The notes under the pieces: generated by a model
What the model saw: only the letters and a program-made list of their open reading frames with translations
Database searches by the model: none
Told to the model about the DNA's origin: nothing
Translations under genes and position numbers: made by a program
Shown: piece after piece, positions 5,058-13,028 of the stretch
Position numbering within the stretch: position 1 is the stretch's first letter
Layout of the letters: every line of letters begins with the position of its first letter
Assembly: GCA_031364845.1 (NCBI GenBank)
Contig: JANLWX010000020.1
Location: 1 to 16,889 of the forward strand
From: Candidatus Eiseniibacteriota bacterium
Lineage (GTDB): Bacteria > Eisenbacteria > RBG-16-71-46
Direction of reading: 5' to 3'
Length of the DNA stretch: 16,889 nucleotides

Positions 5058-7805
5058 TTACTCGACGACGACCACGCGCTTCGTCGCCGAACGACCCGCC
5101 TGCCTCACCACGACCCAGTAGAGCCCGGGATCGAGTCGGGCGCGGTTCGGAGCAATCACGTGACTTCCTGCTCCCAGTCCCGCGAGCGACTGATGCTGCA
5201 CGCGCCTTCCCGACACATCCAGAATTTCGAACTCGACCGGGGCCGGATCCGAGATTTCGAATGCGACCTCGAATTCGGAACGCGCGGGATTCGGGTGAAT
5301 CGCGATGCGACCGAACGCGAGTCCGTCGGGAACCTGTACCGTGACCTCGTCGCTGAACCATGTGCGGCCGCCGTCGACGATGCGCAGGCGGTATGCGTAG
5401 CGCGTGCCCGCGACGACATCGCGGTCTTCGTAGCGCAGGCGGTTCGCGCCATCCGCGGTGAGCTGGGCGCGAGCTTCCCAAACCTCGGCGCTGCGCCGTT
5501 CGAGCGTGACCTGCGCGGCGACTGCAATGTTGGAGTACCACGCCACGCGCACGAGTCCCGGCTCCGCGAACGCCTCGATCAGCGACGCCAGCGCCGGCGT
5601 CGTGCGATCGGGAATCGCGAGCACGACCGACACCGTACCCAGGCCCGGATTCGGGAACACGAGATCGTCCGCGCCGTCTTCGTCGAGATCCCCAGTTGCG
5701 AAACCGACGGGTGCCGTGCGGAGGGCTCCGATGAACCCCGCACCGGCTCCCGAGGGATGGACCGACGTGAAACTGCTCAGAGCGTCGCTCGAGACCACGA
5801 ACTCCTGAACGCCATCGCCGTCCACGTCCGCGATCGCGACGCGGTTCGCATGCAGCCCGATCGGGATGTCCTGGTCATGAACGAGCGCCCCATTGCCGTC
5901 GTTGAGCAGGACGCGCGCGAAGTATGCGTCGATGTCCGGATTGAAGATGGAGATCGCATCCGGCTTGCCATCGCCGTTCACGTCCCCGAGCGCCGTGGCA
6001 ACGACGTTCTCGTTGAGGTCCAAAACGTTCGTGCGCGTGAAGACCCCCGCTCCATCGCCCAGCCACACCTGCGCTTGGCCGCTGTGCTTGAACACGAGAT
6101 CGGCTTTTCCGTCGCCGTTCATGTCGGCGGCATCGGGCGTGGCCCACGGACCGAACAGCGGAGCGGCGCCATTGAGCGTGGCGCGGAGCGGGTTGAACGC
6201 GTACCCCGATCCCTCTCCCACCGCGATGTCCAGGAGCCGATCACCCGCCCACAGCAGCAAATCATCTTTGCCATCGCCATTCACATCCGCGACCCGTACG
6301 GCGTCCACGTGCAACGAAGTGTTGATCCGGTGGAAGGATGCAGCGGGAGCGGCGGGGCTGAGGTGCCTCCCGATCACATATCCCGGAACCCCGTCTGCGG
6401 TAATGAAGATCAGCTCCGGCCACCCATCGGCATCTCCATCTCCCGTGCCGACGAGCCGCCCGGAAGATTCGTAGAACCTGGGCGCGAGCAGAGATCCCTC
6501 GCCATCGCCGTGCAGCACGCTGAACACACAGCCATCCGGGCAGCCCAGATTGTCGACCACGGCATCCAGATGGCCATCGTTGTTCATGTCCGCAAGTTCG
6601 ACATGAATCGGCCCTGCTCCGGTGCTGAAATCGGTGTCGCGGCCGAAGTTCCCAAGGCCATCGCCGATCAACGTCGAGACGCCGAAACCACTCGGCACCA
6701 CGATGTCGGGCAATGAGTCCCCGTTGAACGGGGCGAGCGCAAAGTGCTCTTTAGCCCCTCCCTGCCCCGTCACGATCTCCGGTGCCCAGTTCCGCGAACC
6801 CAGGTTACGAAGCACCGAGAAATGCGTGGACAAACCCGCAACGCACGCGACGACGAGATCGACATCGGCGTCTCCGTCGACATCCGCCGCCTGGACTTCT
6901 TTCGAGTTTCCCGTCACCGCGACCGACGCTGCGCTCCACCCCGCCAATGTCCCGGTGCCGTACTCGATCGTGACACTTCCATCGAAACCCGCGAGCGCGA
7001 TGTCGACATAGGAATCGTTGTCGAGGTCGCCGGTCCACAGCGACACGATGTCGGGAATGGACGCGATCTGGATCGGCTCATCGAACGTTCCATCGCCATG
7101 ACCACGTTCGACGTGAACGCCGATGGTGGACAGACCGATCACGTCCGCAAAGCCATCCTTGTCGACGTCACCGGTTTCGAGCTTGGCATACCGTATCGTA
7201 GGAGCGTCCGGAGTGAGCCCGCCGCCGTCCGACAGGTAACCCGTGCCATCGTTGAGGAAGACGGCCACGCGAGAGGCGAACATGTTGCCGTTTTGACCGC
7301 CAGAGGTCGCCGCCAGAACATCGGGCCACCCGTCTTCGTTGACGTCGTCGATGGCGATATCCCTGATCGACCGGCCCGACAAGAAGATCGAAGGGTCACG
7401 CGCGAAGTCGTTGCCACGAAACACCACGAGCCGGTCATAGACCTCCATGACAAGATCGAGGTCGTTGTCGCGATCGAGGTCGCCCAACTCCATGATGCGC
7501 GACGCAACGCTTCCGCCTTCCGTCGACGAATAGCCGCGGTAGCTGAACGCGCCCGAGCCATCCCCGATCATCACCGAGATCGAGCCGTTGTCGGTGCTGT
7601 TCGACGAGACGACGTCGAGACGCCCATCGCCATTGAAGTCACCGGCGACGACCGCGACCGTTTGAAAGCCGCCGCCTCCGCCGCCGTTGGACGGGCCGGA
7701 GCTGGAGTGGAGGAACGGGGAGCCGAATTGCGGGAATGGGGTGGCGAAGGCGGTCGTGGGGGCGAGCGCGAGCAGGGCGACGGAGATTGCGTGGCGGAAG
7801 TGCAT
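5058..7805 (-). CDS. Secreted FG-GAP/VCBS-repeat beta-propeller protein with FN3-like domain and T9SS type-A-like C-terminal sorting domain, 915 aa
   Basis: Signal peptide ending AFA; 14 DxN/DxDGxxD-type Ca-binding repeats (GDFNGDGRLD ... GDLDEDGADD); FN3-like VRVAWY...YEDRDVVAGTRYAYRL; tail IHPNPARSE...ILDVSGRRV...LDPGLYWVVVRQ...TKRVVVVE. Confidence 0.9.
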   Translation of the reverse strand: MHFRHAISVALLALAPTTAFATPFPQFGSPFLHSSSGPSNGGGGGGFQTVAVVAGDFNGDGRLDVVSSNSTDNGSISVMIGDGSGAFSYRGYSSTEGGSVASRIMELGDLDRDNDLDLVMEVYDRLVVFRGNDFARDPSIFLSGRSIRDIAIDDVNEDGWPDVLAATSGGQNGNMFASRVAVFLNDGTGYLSDGGGLTPDAPTIRYAKLETGDVDKDGFADVIGLSTIGVHVERGHGDGTFDEPIQIASIPDIVSLWTGDLDNDSYVDIALAGFDGSVTIEYGTGTLAGWSAASVAVTGNSKEVQAADVDGDADVDLVVACVAGLSTHFSVLRNLGSRNWAPEIVTGQGGAKEHFALAPFNGDSLPDIVVPSGFGVSTLIGDGLGNFGRDTDFSTGAGPIHVELADMNNDGHLDAVVDNLGCPDGCVFSVLHGDGEGSLLAPRFYESSGRLVGTGDGDADGWPELIFITADGVPGYVIGRHLSPAAPAASFHRINTSLHVDAVRVADVNGDGKDDLLLWAGDRLLDIAVGEGSGYAFNPLRATLNGAAPLFGPWATPDAADMNGDGKADLVFKHSGQAQVWLGDGAGVFTRTNVLDLNENVVATALGDVNGDGKPDAISIFNPDIDAYFARVLLNDGNGALVHDQDIPIGLHANRVAIADVDGDGVQEFVVSSDALSSFTSVHPSGAGAGFIGALRTAPVGFATGDLDEDGADDLVFPNPGLGTVSVVLAIPDRTTPALASLIEAFAEPGLVRVAWYSNIAVAAQVTLERRSAEVWEARAQLTADGANRLRYEDRDVVAGTRYAYRLRIVDGGRTWFSDEVTVQVPDGLAFGRIAIHPNPARSEFEVAFEISDPAPVEFEILDVSGRRVQHQSLAGLGAGSHVIAPNRARLDPGLYWVVVRQAGRSATKRVVVVE

Positions 7806-8131
7806 GGCGAACTCCGGGTCACCGTCCGTTGGTGTGGGGTTGCGTCTTGGACTCGGGCGCGGAGTGGGGGTGGCCGCGGATGGTGGGGATTCTACGGTGT
7901 TGAAGGGCGGGGTTCATCGATTAAATCGGGACTTGGTCCAAGCACCGCGCCGCACCAATGCGGGGCCGCTCCGTGAGGGCGGATGAGACGAATGCCAGCC
8001 CTAGTCTTCCCCTGTCGTCTTGCTGGCGAACACCATTGGCCTGGCCAATTTCGGAGGGATAATGATCGGCCACCAGAACGGGGCATCGCGCCAACCGCGG
8101 ATGGGTTTGCCTTTGATTCTGGCGTACCAGG

Positions 8132-8275
8132 CTGGGATTCCAGTTCGCGTACGGCAGTGAGGTAGGCCGGCTTACCGCCAAACAATCGTACGATCTCGAC
8201 TGGCGTGCCAAACGTGGTGAGTGGATCCACCTTAAGGATGTCGAGAGACTCGACATTGCGAATCCCACCGTCAGC
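8132..8275 (-). pseudogene. hsdR: Remnant of the C-terminus of a type I restriction enzyme R subunit (EcoEI/EcoAI-type HsdR C-terminal domain)
   Basis: ADGGIRNVESLDILKVDPLTTFGTPVEIVRLFGGKPAYLTAVRELESQ matches my recollection of the last ~50 aa of EcoAI-family HsdR; no start or upstream helicase part; similarity is lost where the usual terminal LY would be. Confidence 0.75.
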
Positions 8276-8282
8276 GCAATTT

Positions 8283-8301
8283 CTCTCACCGCCGGTGATA
8301 G
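8283..8301. repeat. 19-bp near-perfect palindrome
   Basis: CTCTCACCG-C-CGGTGATAG (8 of 9 pairs). Confidence 0.85.
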
Positions 8302-8426
8302 TTTTGGCTTGGGGATCACCGCGTGCTGGAGCGCAGCCAGGCGCACCTGCCATTCCGGCGTTCGTTTGCTTTGAATTCGCGATCCTCGACCTGCGCGGGA
8401 CGATCCGGTTGGGGGCCAAGGCAATT

Positions 8427-8445
8427 GTGTCATCAGTGATGACAC
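8427..8445. repeat. 19-bp perfect palindrome
   Basis: GTGTCATCA-G-TGATGACAC (9 of 9 pairs). Confidence 0.95.
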
Positions 8446-8468
8446 TTTCTCCGGATCAGCCACCCCCC

Positions 8469-9329
8469 CTACTTCAACTCCCCCATCCCACCCGCGCGGT
8501 ACTTCTCGATGTACCCTCGCAGCTCATCGCGTGAAGACGCGACGAACGGGCCTTGCTGCACGATCGGAATCCCGAGCGGAACACCGGCGCCGAGCATGAA
8601 CCGCAAACCATCAGCCCCCGCGCGCAACACGATCCGCCCGGTCTCCAACCCAAACGCGGCCACATGGCCTGAAGCCAACGCGGCATCCGCATCCGCCGGC
8701 CCAACGCGCCCATCGCCTTCCAACACGAACACGAACGTATTCTCGCCGTGCGCGGAATCGAATGTAGCCTCCGAGCCGGAAGGCATGCTCACGTACGCAT
8801 AGCACGTCACATTCGGCGGACCATCAGGTCCACGCGCGTCGCCCAAAGACCCCGCGAGCAACCGCACCTCAGCCCCACCGGGCCACGCAAGAACCGGAAC
8901 GCGCTCCGCGCCAAACGCCGCCCGCGATGGCGCGGCCTGCTTCGCCGCGAGCGGAATGTTCACCCAGGTCTGCACGCCATGCACGCGGGGTCCGGTCTCG
9001 GCGGGGTTCTCTTCGTGTTGCATGCCGGAGCCGGTGTGCGCCCACAGCAATCCGCCCGGCGACACCGAGAGGTCTTCGCCGAGGTTGTCGCGGTTCGTGA
9101 ACGTGCCTTCGGAGTCGGGCAGCAGGTAGGTCGACACGGAGAAGCCTGCGTGCGGATGCGGCGCGAAGAAAGGGCCGTTCATGCGGAAGTGATCGATCAG
9201 CAGGAACGGATCGAACAAATTTCCGAGCATGTCGTGGTCGAGGTGCACGGCGTGGAATGTGGGTGCGGGGTTCATCACGTGCCCGGCGAGGATGCGCGCG
9301 GGCTCGAGGACTACGGTCGATGAGGGCAC
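8469..9329 (-). CDS. Pirin family protein (bicupin), 286 aa
   Basis: DPFLLIDHF, PHPHAGF, GSGMQHEE (His/His/His/Glu metal ligands), QTWVNIP, PIVQQGPFV; GTG start with SD AGGAG 9342-9338. Confidence 0.93.
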   Translation of the reverse strand: MPSSTVVLEPARILAGHVMNPAPTFHAVHLDHDMLGNLFDPFLLIDHFRMNGPFFAPHPHAGFSVSTYLLPDSEGTFTNRDNLGEDLSVSPGGLLWAHTGSGMQHEENPAETGPRVHGVQTWVNIPLAAKQAAPSRAAFGAERVPVLAWPGGAEVRLLAGSLGDARGPDGPPNVTCYAYVSMPSGSEATFDSAHGENTFVFVLEGDGRVGPADADAALASGHVAAFGLETGRIVLRAGADGLRFMLGAGVPLGIPIVQQGPFVASSRDELRGYIEKYRAGGMGELK

Positions 9330-9377
9330 TAAGACAGCTCCTACGGCGGCGCAGGATTTAAGAACACAGAACCAAAT

Positions 9378-9413
9378 TCGCGCGCTCCGACCCTGACGGG
9401 TCGGACCGCGCGA
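9378..9413 (-). terminator. Stem-loop, probable terminator after the GNAT gene
   Basis: TCGCGCG-C-TCCGACCC-TGAC-GGGTCGGA-C-CGCGCGA (15 bp, one mismatch) starting 1 nt after the GNAT stop; followed on the minus strand by T-rich ATTTGGTTCTGTGTTCTT. Confidence 0.6.
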
Positions 9414-9414
9414 G

Positions 9415-9918
9415 TTACACAGTCATTTCGTAATAGATGAGCGGGCATCCGCGATACGACACGCGTCCGGTCTCGCGAAATCCACACTTGGCGTAGAAAC
9501 CTCCAGCGCCCGCAGGGGCGTTGTAGGCGTCGAGCCTTATCGCATCGGCGGGCCACTCACGGGCAATCCTACGCGCTTCGTCAATGCACTGACGACCGAT
9601 GCCGCTGCGTTGGATCGCGGGGTCAACGGCCATCGAGGTGAGATAGAGCGCCCTGGCGAACGGCCGGAAGTACGAGGGGTCGATCGCCCAGGGCTTGCGG
9701 GTGCCCAATGCCAGGCTCGCGATCACGCGCTCGCCTTCGCGTACGACGTACACGCTCGAGCGGCGCATATCCCACAACACGCCGCGCACGGTGCCGCCGC
9801 GCGACCACATGCCGTTGCCGTAGTGCTCCGTGAGGGCGTCGGCCACAGCGACACGGAGTGCCAGGATTCCGAGTATGTCCTCGGGGGTCGCGGGGGCGAG
9901 TTCGAGTGTCGGGGTCAC
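9415..9918 (-). CDS. GNAT family N-acetyltransferase, about 167 aa
   Basis: LYLTSMAVDPAIQRSGIGRQ (acetyl-CoA motif A), IRLDAY, GFYAKCGFRETG. Start placed at GTG 9918 (GTG 9924 is an alternative); the ORF-track extension to 10026 does not look protein-like. Confidence 0.88.
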   Translation of the reverse strand: MTPTLELAPATPEDILGILALRVAVADALTEHYGNGMWSRGGTVRGVLWDMRRSSVYVVREGERVIASLALGTRKPWAIDPSYFRPFARALYLTSMAVDPAIQRSGIGRQCIDEARRIAREWPADAIRLDAYNAPAGAGGFYAKCGFRETGRVSYRGCPLIYYEMTV

Positions 9919-9924
9919 GGGCAC

Positions 9925-9930
9925 ATGATA
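9925..9930 (-). promoter_or_regulatory. -10 element of a probable leaderless promoter (GNAT)
   Basis: TATCAT followed by 6 nt and then the GTG start; no SD upstream. Confidence 0.5.
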
Positions 9931-10025
9931 GCCACGGGCCGGGTGGGTCCGGCAACTACGGGGATCGGCCTCGAATTCGTGCCTTGCACGGTGCGCGGTC
10001 GTTGCGGGTTCATGGCCGTCCGCCA

Positions 10026-10034
10026 TGCTACCTT
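10026..10034 (+). promoter_or_regulatory. Extended -10 element of a probable leaderless promoter (glcD)
   Basis: TG-C-TACCTT (TGnTAnnnT) followed by 6 nt and then ATG 10041; no SD upstream. Confidence 0.55.
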
Positions 10035-10040
10035 CCGCGT

Positions 10041-11555
10041 ATGTCTCTCACCGTTTCCGATCTCGAAGAGCTGCGCGCGCTGCTGGGCGACGATGGTGTG
10101 CTGGCGAGCAAGGCGGCGCTCTTTACCTACGATGCCGATGCGCTGGTGCTCGATCGTCATCTTCCGGACGTGGTGGTGCTGCCGCGTTCGAGCGACGAGG
10201 TCGCGGCGGTCGTGCGCTGGGCGTACGCGCGCAAGATTCCGGTGACGCCGCGCGGCGCGGGAACGGGCTTGGCGGGCGGCGCCACACCGGAATTCGGCGG
10301 GATCGTGCTGTCGGTGAATCGCATGGACCGGCTGCTGCGCGTGGATCCGGATCGTCTGCTGGCGTGGGTGCAGCCGGGGTTGGTGAACCTGGCGCTTTCC
10401 CATCAGGTCGCGGCACACGGTCTCTACTACGCGCCGGATCCGGCGTCGCAGCAGGTGAGCACGGTGGGCGGCAATGTCTCGACCAACGCGGGCGGGCCGC
10501 ACTGTCTCAAGTACGGGGTCACGCTCAATCACGTGCTCGGGATCACGGCGGTGCTGCACGACGGCACGGTGCTCACGTTGGGCGGCGAAGCACTGGATGC
10601 GCCGGACTTCGATCTGGCGGCCGCGATCATCGGCAGCGAGGGCACGTTGGCGATCGTCACCGAGATCTGCGTGCGGCTGCTGCCGAAGCCCGAGGCGGTG
10701 AAGACGATGTTGTTCGACTTCGTCACGGTCGAGGCGGCGTGCCGCAGCGTGTCGGCGGTGATCGCGGATGGGATCGTGCCGGCGGCGATGGAGATCATGG
10801 ACCAGCACACGGTCGAGCTGGTCGAGGCGTGGCTCCACATCGGGCTCGCGGTCGATGCGGGTGCGGTGCTGCTGATCGAGGTGGATGGGCCTTCGATATC
10901 GCTGGCTTCGCAGGTCGAGCGCATCACGGCACTGGCGCTGGCGCACGGGGCGCGCTCGACGCGGGTGGCGAAGGACGAGGCGGAGCGCGCGGCGATCTGG
11001 CGCGGGCGCAAGTCGGCGTTCGGCGCGTATGGGCGCACGGCGAGCGGGTTCTACATCATGGATGGCGTGGTGCCGCGCACGCGGCTGGCGGAGGCGTTGG
11101 AGACGATCTATCGGCTCGCGCGCGAGCGCGGGCTCGAGGCGGGCAACGTGTTCCATGCGGGCGATGGCAATCTGCATCCGCATGTGTTGTTCGATGCGAA
11201 CGATCCGGCGGCACAGGCGCGCGCGCTGGATGCGTCGCACGAGATCCTGCGCATGTGCATCGCGTTCGGCGGAACGATCTCGGGCGAGCATGGCGTGGGC
11301 ATCGAGAAGCGTTCGATGATGTCGGAGCTGTTCGCGGCGGAAGATCTCGCGACGATGGCGGCGTTCCGGCGCGCGTTCAATCCGGACGAGCTATTGAACC
11401 CGGGCAAGATCTTGCCCGGGGGCGGCGGATGCGGCGAGGGGTCTGCTGCGCATGCGCATTTGCATGCGCAGGGGGATGGGTTGCGCGGCGGAGTTCCGGC
11501 GCAGCTCGGGGGCATGGCGGCGGGGTCGGGCGATGCGGAGGGGCCGTGGATCTGA
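10041..11555 (+). CDS. glcD: Glycolate oxidase subunit GlcD-type FAD-linked oxidase, 504 aa
   Basis: PRGAGTGLAGGA, YYAPDPASQQVSTVGGNVSTNAGGPHCLKYGVT, GSEGTLAIVTEI, DGVVPRTRL, NVFHAGDGNLHP, ISGEHGVGIEK, LLNPGKI; start reassigned to ATG 10041. Confidence 0.92.
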   Translation: MSLTVSDLEELRALLGDDGVLASKAALFTYDADALVLDRHLPDVVVLPRSSDEVAAVVRWAYARKIPVTPRGAGTGLAGGATPEFGGIVLSVNRMDRLLRVDPDRLLAWVQPGLVNLALSHQVAAHGLYYAPDPASQQVSTVGGNVSTNAGGPHCLKYGVTLNHVLGITAVLHDGTVLTLGGEALDAPDFDLAAAIIGSEGTLAIVTEICVRLLPKPEAVKTMLFDFVTVEAACRSVSAVIADGIVPAAMEIMDQHTVELVEAWLHIGLAVDAGAVLLIEVDGPSISLASQVERITALALAHGARSTRVAKDEAERAAIWRGRKSAFGAYGRTASGFYIMDGVVPRTRLAEALETIYRLARERGLEAGNVFHAGDGNLHPHVLFDANDPAAQARALDASHEILRMCIAFGGTISGEHGVGIEKRSMMSELFAAEDLATMAAFRRAFNPDELLNPGKILPGGGGCGEGSAAHAHLHAQGDGLRGGVPAQLGGMAAGSGDAEGPWI

Positions 11556-11582
11556 CATCGACGCGCGCCTTGCGCGCGGCGA

Positions 11583-11600
11583 ACTGTCCGCGCGGACAGT
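11583..11600. repeat. Perfect 18-bp palindrome in the glcD-glcE spacer
   Basis: ACTGTCCGC|GCGGACAGT, extendable by GGCG/CGCC across one bulged A. Confidence 0.9.
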
Positions 11601-11631
11601 CGCCCTCCGCGACGCATTCGCGGAGCGTGTT

Positions 11632-12888
11632 ATGACGATCGTCCCCGGCATCCTCACCGAGCGCGCGGTCGATCCGGAGCGCTTCGCAACTGACGGCGTT
11701 GCCCCGCGGCTCGCTTCGCGACCGCGGGATCGCGGTGAACTGTGCGAGATCGTCAGAGCGGCCGCGCGTGATGGGCTTTCGATCGTGCCGTGGGGTGGTC
11801 ACTGCGGCATCGAGCTTCGCTCGATGCCGCAATATGATCTCGCGATAGACCTCTCCGCTCTCGATCGCATCGTCGAATACGTCCCCGAAGATCTCACGCT
11901 CACCGCCGAATGCGGCGTGACGATCGCATCGCTCGGCGCCACGCTCGCGGCGCGCGGCCAGGAGCTTCCGCTCGAAGCTTCGCACGCAACCCGCGCCACG
12001 CTCGGCGGCGTGCTCGCGACCAACGCTTCGGGCGCGCGACGGATGCGCTTCGGCTCACCGCGCGATCGCATTCTCGGCGCGCGGTTCGTGCTGGGCGACG
12101 GCACGCTCGCGCGCACCGGCGGCAAGGTGGTGAAGAACGTCGCGGGGTATGGCATCCACCGGATGCTGTGCGGCTCGCGCGGCGGGCTCGCGATTGTCGT
12201 GGATGCGAGTCTCAAGCTGCTGCCGGCGCCGGCGGCACGCTCGGCGCTGATCTATGAATTCGACGCGGCGGCGATCGCCGATGCTTCGCGCTGGGCAGAC
12301 TTCGCGTGCGAAGAACCGGCGGCGTTGACGGTCGTGAGTTCGTCGATCGCGTGCGGGGCGCGCGACGATGCGAATCAGAGGGCGGCGCTCCCCGGCGCCA
12401 CGGGCCAGCGCCCCTACTGGGTCGTGCTAGGTCTCGAAGACGAACCGGAGCGCATCGCCGAACTGCGAACGCTCGCGGTGAAGCGCCTCGGCGAGCCGGT
12501 CCTCGAACTCGCAGGCGCCGATGTCGTCGCACTCTGGCAGCGGCTCGCCGATCTCGAAGACTCGGGCACGCCGCGCCTCACGTTCAGCGGCTCGCGGCTG
12601 ACGCCGGCCGCCCTCGCCTCGTGGGTCGCGAGGCCGGCCGGAACCGGCTGCGTGTTCCACGCGGCCTGCGGGCGGCTGCACGTGTTCGAAACCACCGACC
12701 ATGCGCCTCAAATCGAGCAATTCCTGGCGCCTGAAGGATTCGTTCGCATCGCCTCCCTGCGAGCGCGCGGCGACGACGCCCAACCCGGCTCCACGGCGAC
12801 CACCGCGCTGCGCCAGCGCATCCGCGCCGCCCTCGACCCGGCCGGGATCTTCGCCCTGGGCGAGCACTGGGTGCGTTCGTCGGGATAA
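11632..12888 (+). CDS. glcE: Glycolate oxidase FAD-binding subunit GlcE-type, 418 aa
   Basis: IVEYVPEDLTLTAECG, ATLGGVLATNASGARRMRFGSPRDRILG, GGKVVKNVAGY, GSRGGL, RIRAALDPAGIF; ATG 11632 with SD GGAG 11622-11625; directly follows glcD. Confidence 0.85.
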   Translation: MTIVPGILTERAVDPERFATDGVAPRLASRPRDRGELCEIVRAAARDGLSIVPWGGHCGIELRSMPQYDLAIDLSALDRIVEYVPEDLTLTAECGVTIASLGATLAARGQELPLEASHATRATLGGVLATNASGARRMRFGSPRDRILGARFVLGDGTLARTGGKVVKNVAGYGIHRMLCGSRGGLAIVVDASLKLLPAPAARSALIYEFDAAAIADASRWADFACEEPAALTVVSSSIACGARDDANQRAALPGATGQRPYWVVLGLEDEPERIAELRTLAVKRLGEPVLELAGADVVALWQRLADLEDSGTPRLTFSGSRLTPAALASWVARPAGTGCVFHAACGRLHVFETTDHAPQIEQFLAPEGFVRIASLRARGDDAQPGSTATTALRQRIRAALDPAGIFALGEHWVRSSG

Positions 12889-12955
12889 GACGTTGCCGCG
12901 GAACCGGCCCGCCCGCGCCGGTGTAGATCCTGCACGGGACAGCCCCCTCTGGAGC

Positions 12956-12985
12956 TTGCCTGGGTTCCGGCCGATGCCATAGCCT
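12956..12985 (+). promoter_or_regulatory. Possible sigma70-type promoter for the lipoprotein gene
   Basis: TTGCCT-N18-TAGCCT, 43 nt upstream of ATG 13029. Confidence 0.3.
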
Positions 12986-13028
12986 GAAGACCTCCCCCAC
13001 CCGCGCCGCCCGACCCTGAGGATCCACC

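Larger units (their letters stand above)
8278..8463 (-). pseudogene. Frameshifted internal fragment of a YhcG/DUF1016 (PD-(D/E)XK nuclease family) gene
   Basis: Pieces across three frames follow the order I recall for the family: ADPEKVSSLMTQLPW / PNRIV (cf. HNLII) / VEDREF at 8390-8373 (cf. EEREFY) / SKRTPEWQVRL (cf. WSKRELERQ) / AVIPKPKLSPAVREI. Confidence 0.7.

Noticed and set aside
5160..7976. Long plus-strand ORFs 5160..6716 and 6744..7976
   Set aside because: Antisense shadows of the FG-GAP gene, typical of high-GC coding DNA.
7892..8463. ORFs 7892..8419 and 7921..8463 as intact genes
   Set aside because: Each has family-like sequence over only part of its length and in different frames; better explained as pseudogene fragments.
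9386..9405. REP element (TCCGACCC/GGGTCGGA hairpin)
   Set aside because: Only one copy in the window and no GTAG-type end; kept as a terminator-like hairpin.
9915..11635. Long ORFs 9915..11291 (-) and 10025..11635 (+)
   Set aside because: Shadow and alternative frames of glcD with Arg/Gly/Ala-rich low-information translations.
12900..12925. ECF-type promoter GGAAC-N16-GTGTA
   Set aside because: The -10 half is a poor match and no ECF sigma factor is in view to define the consensus.
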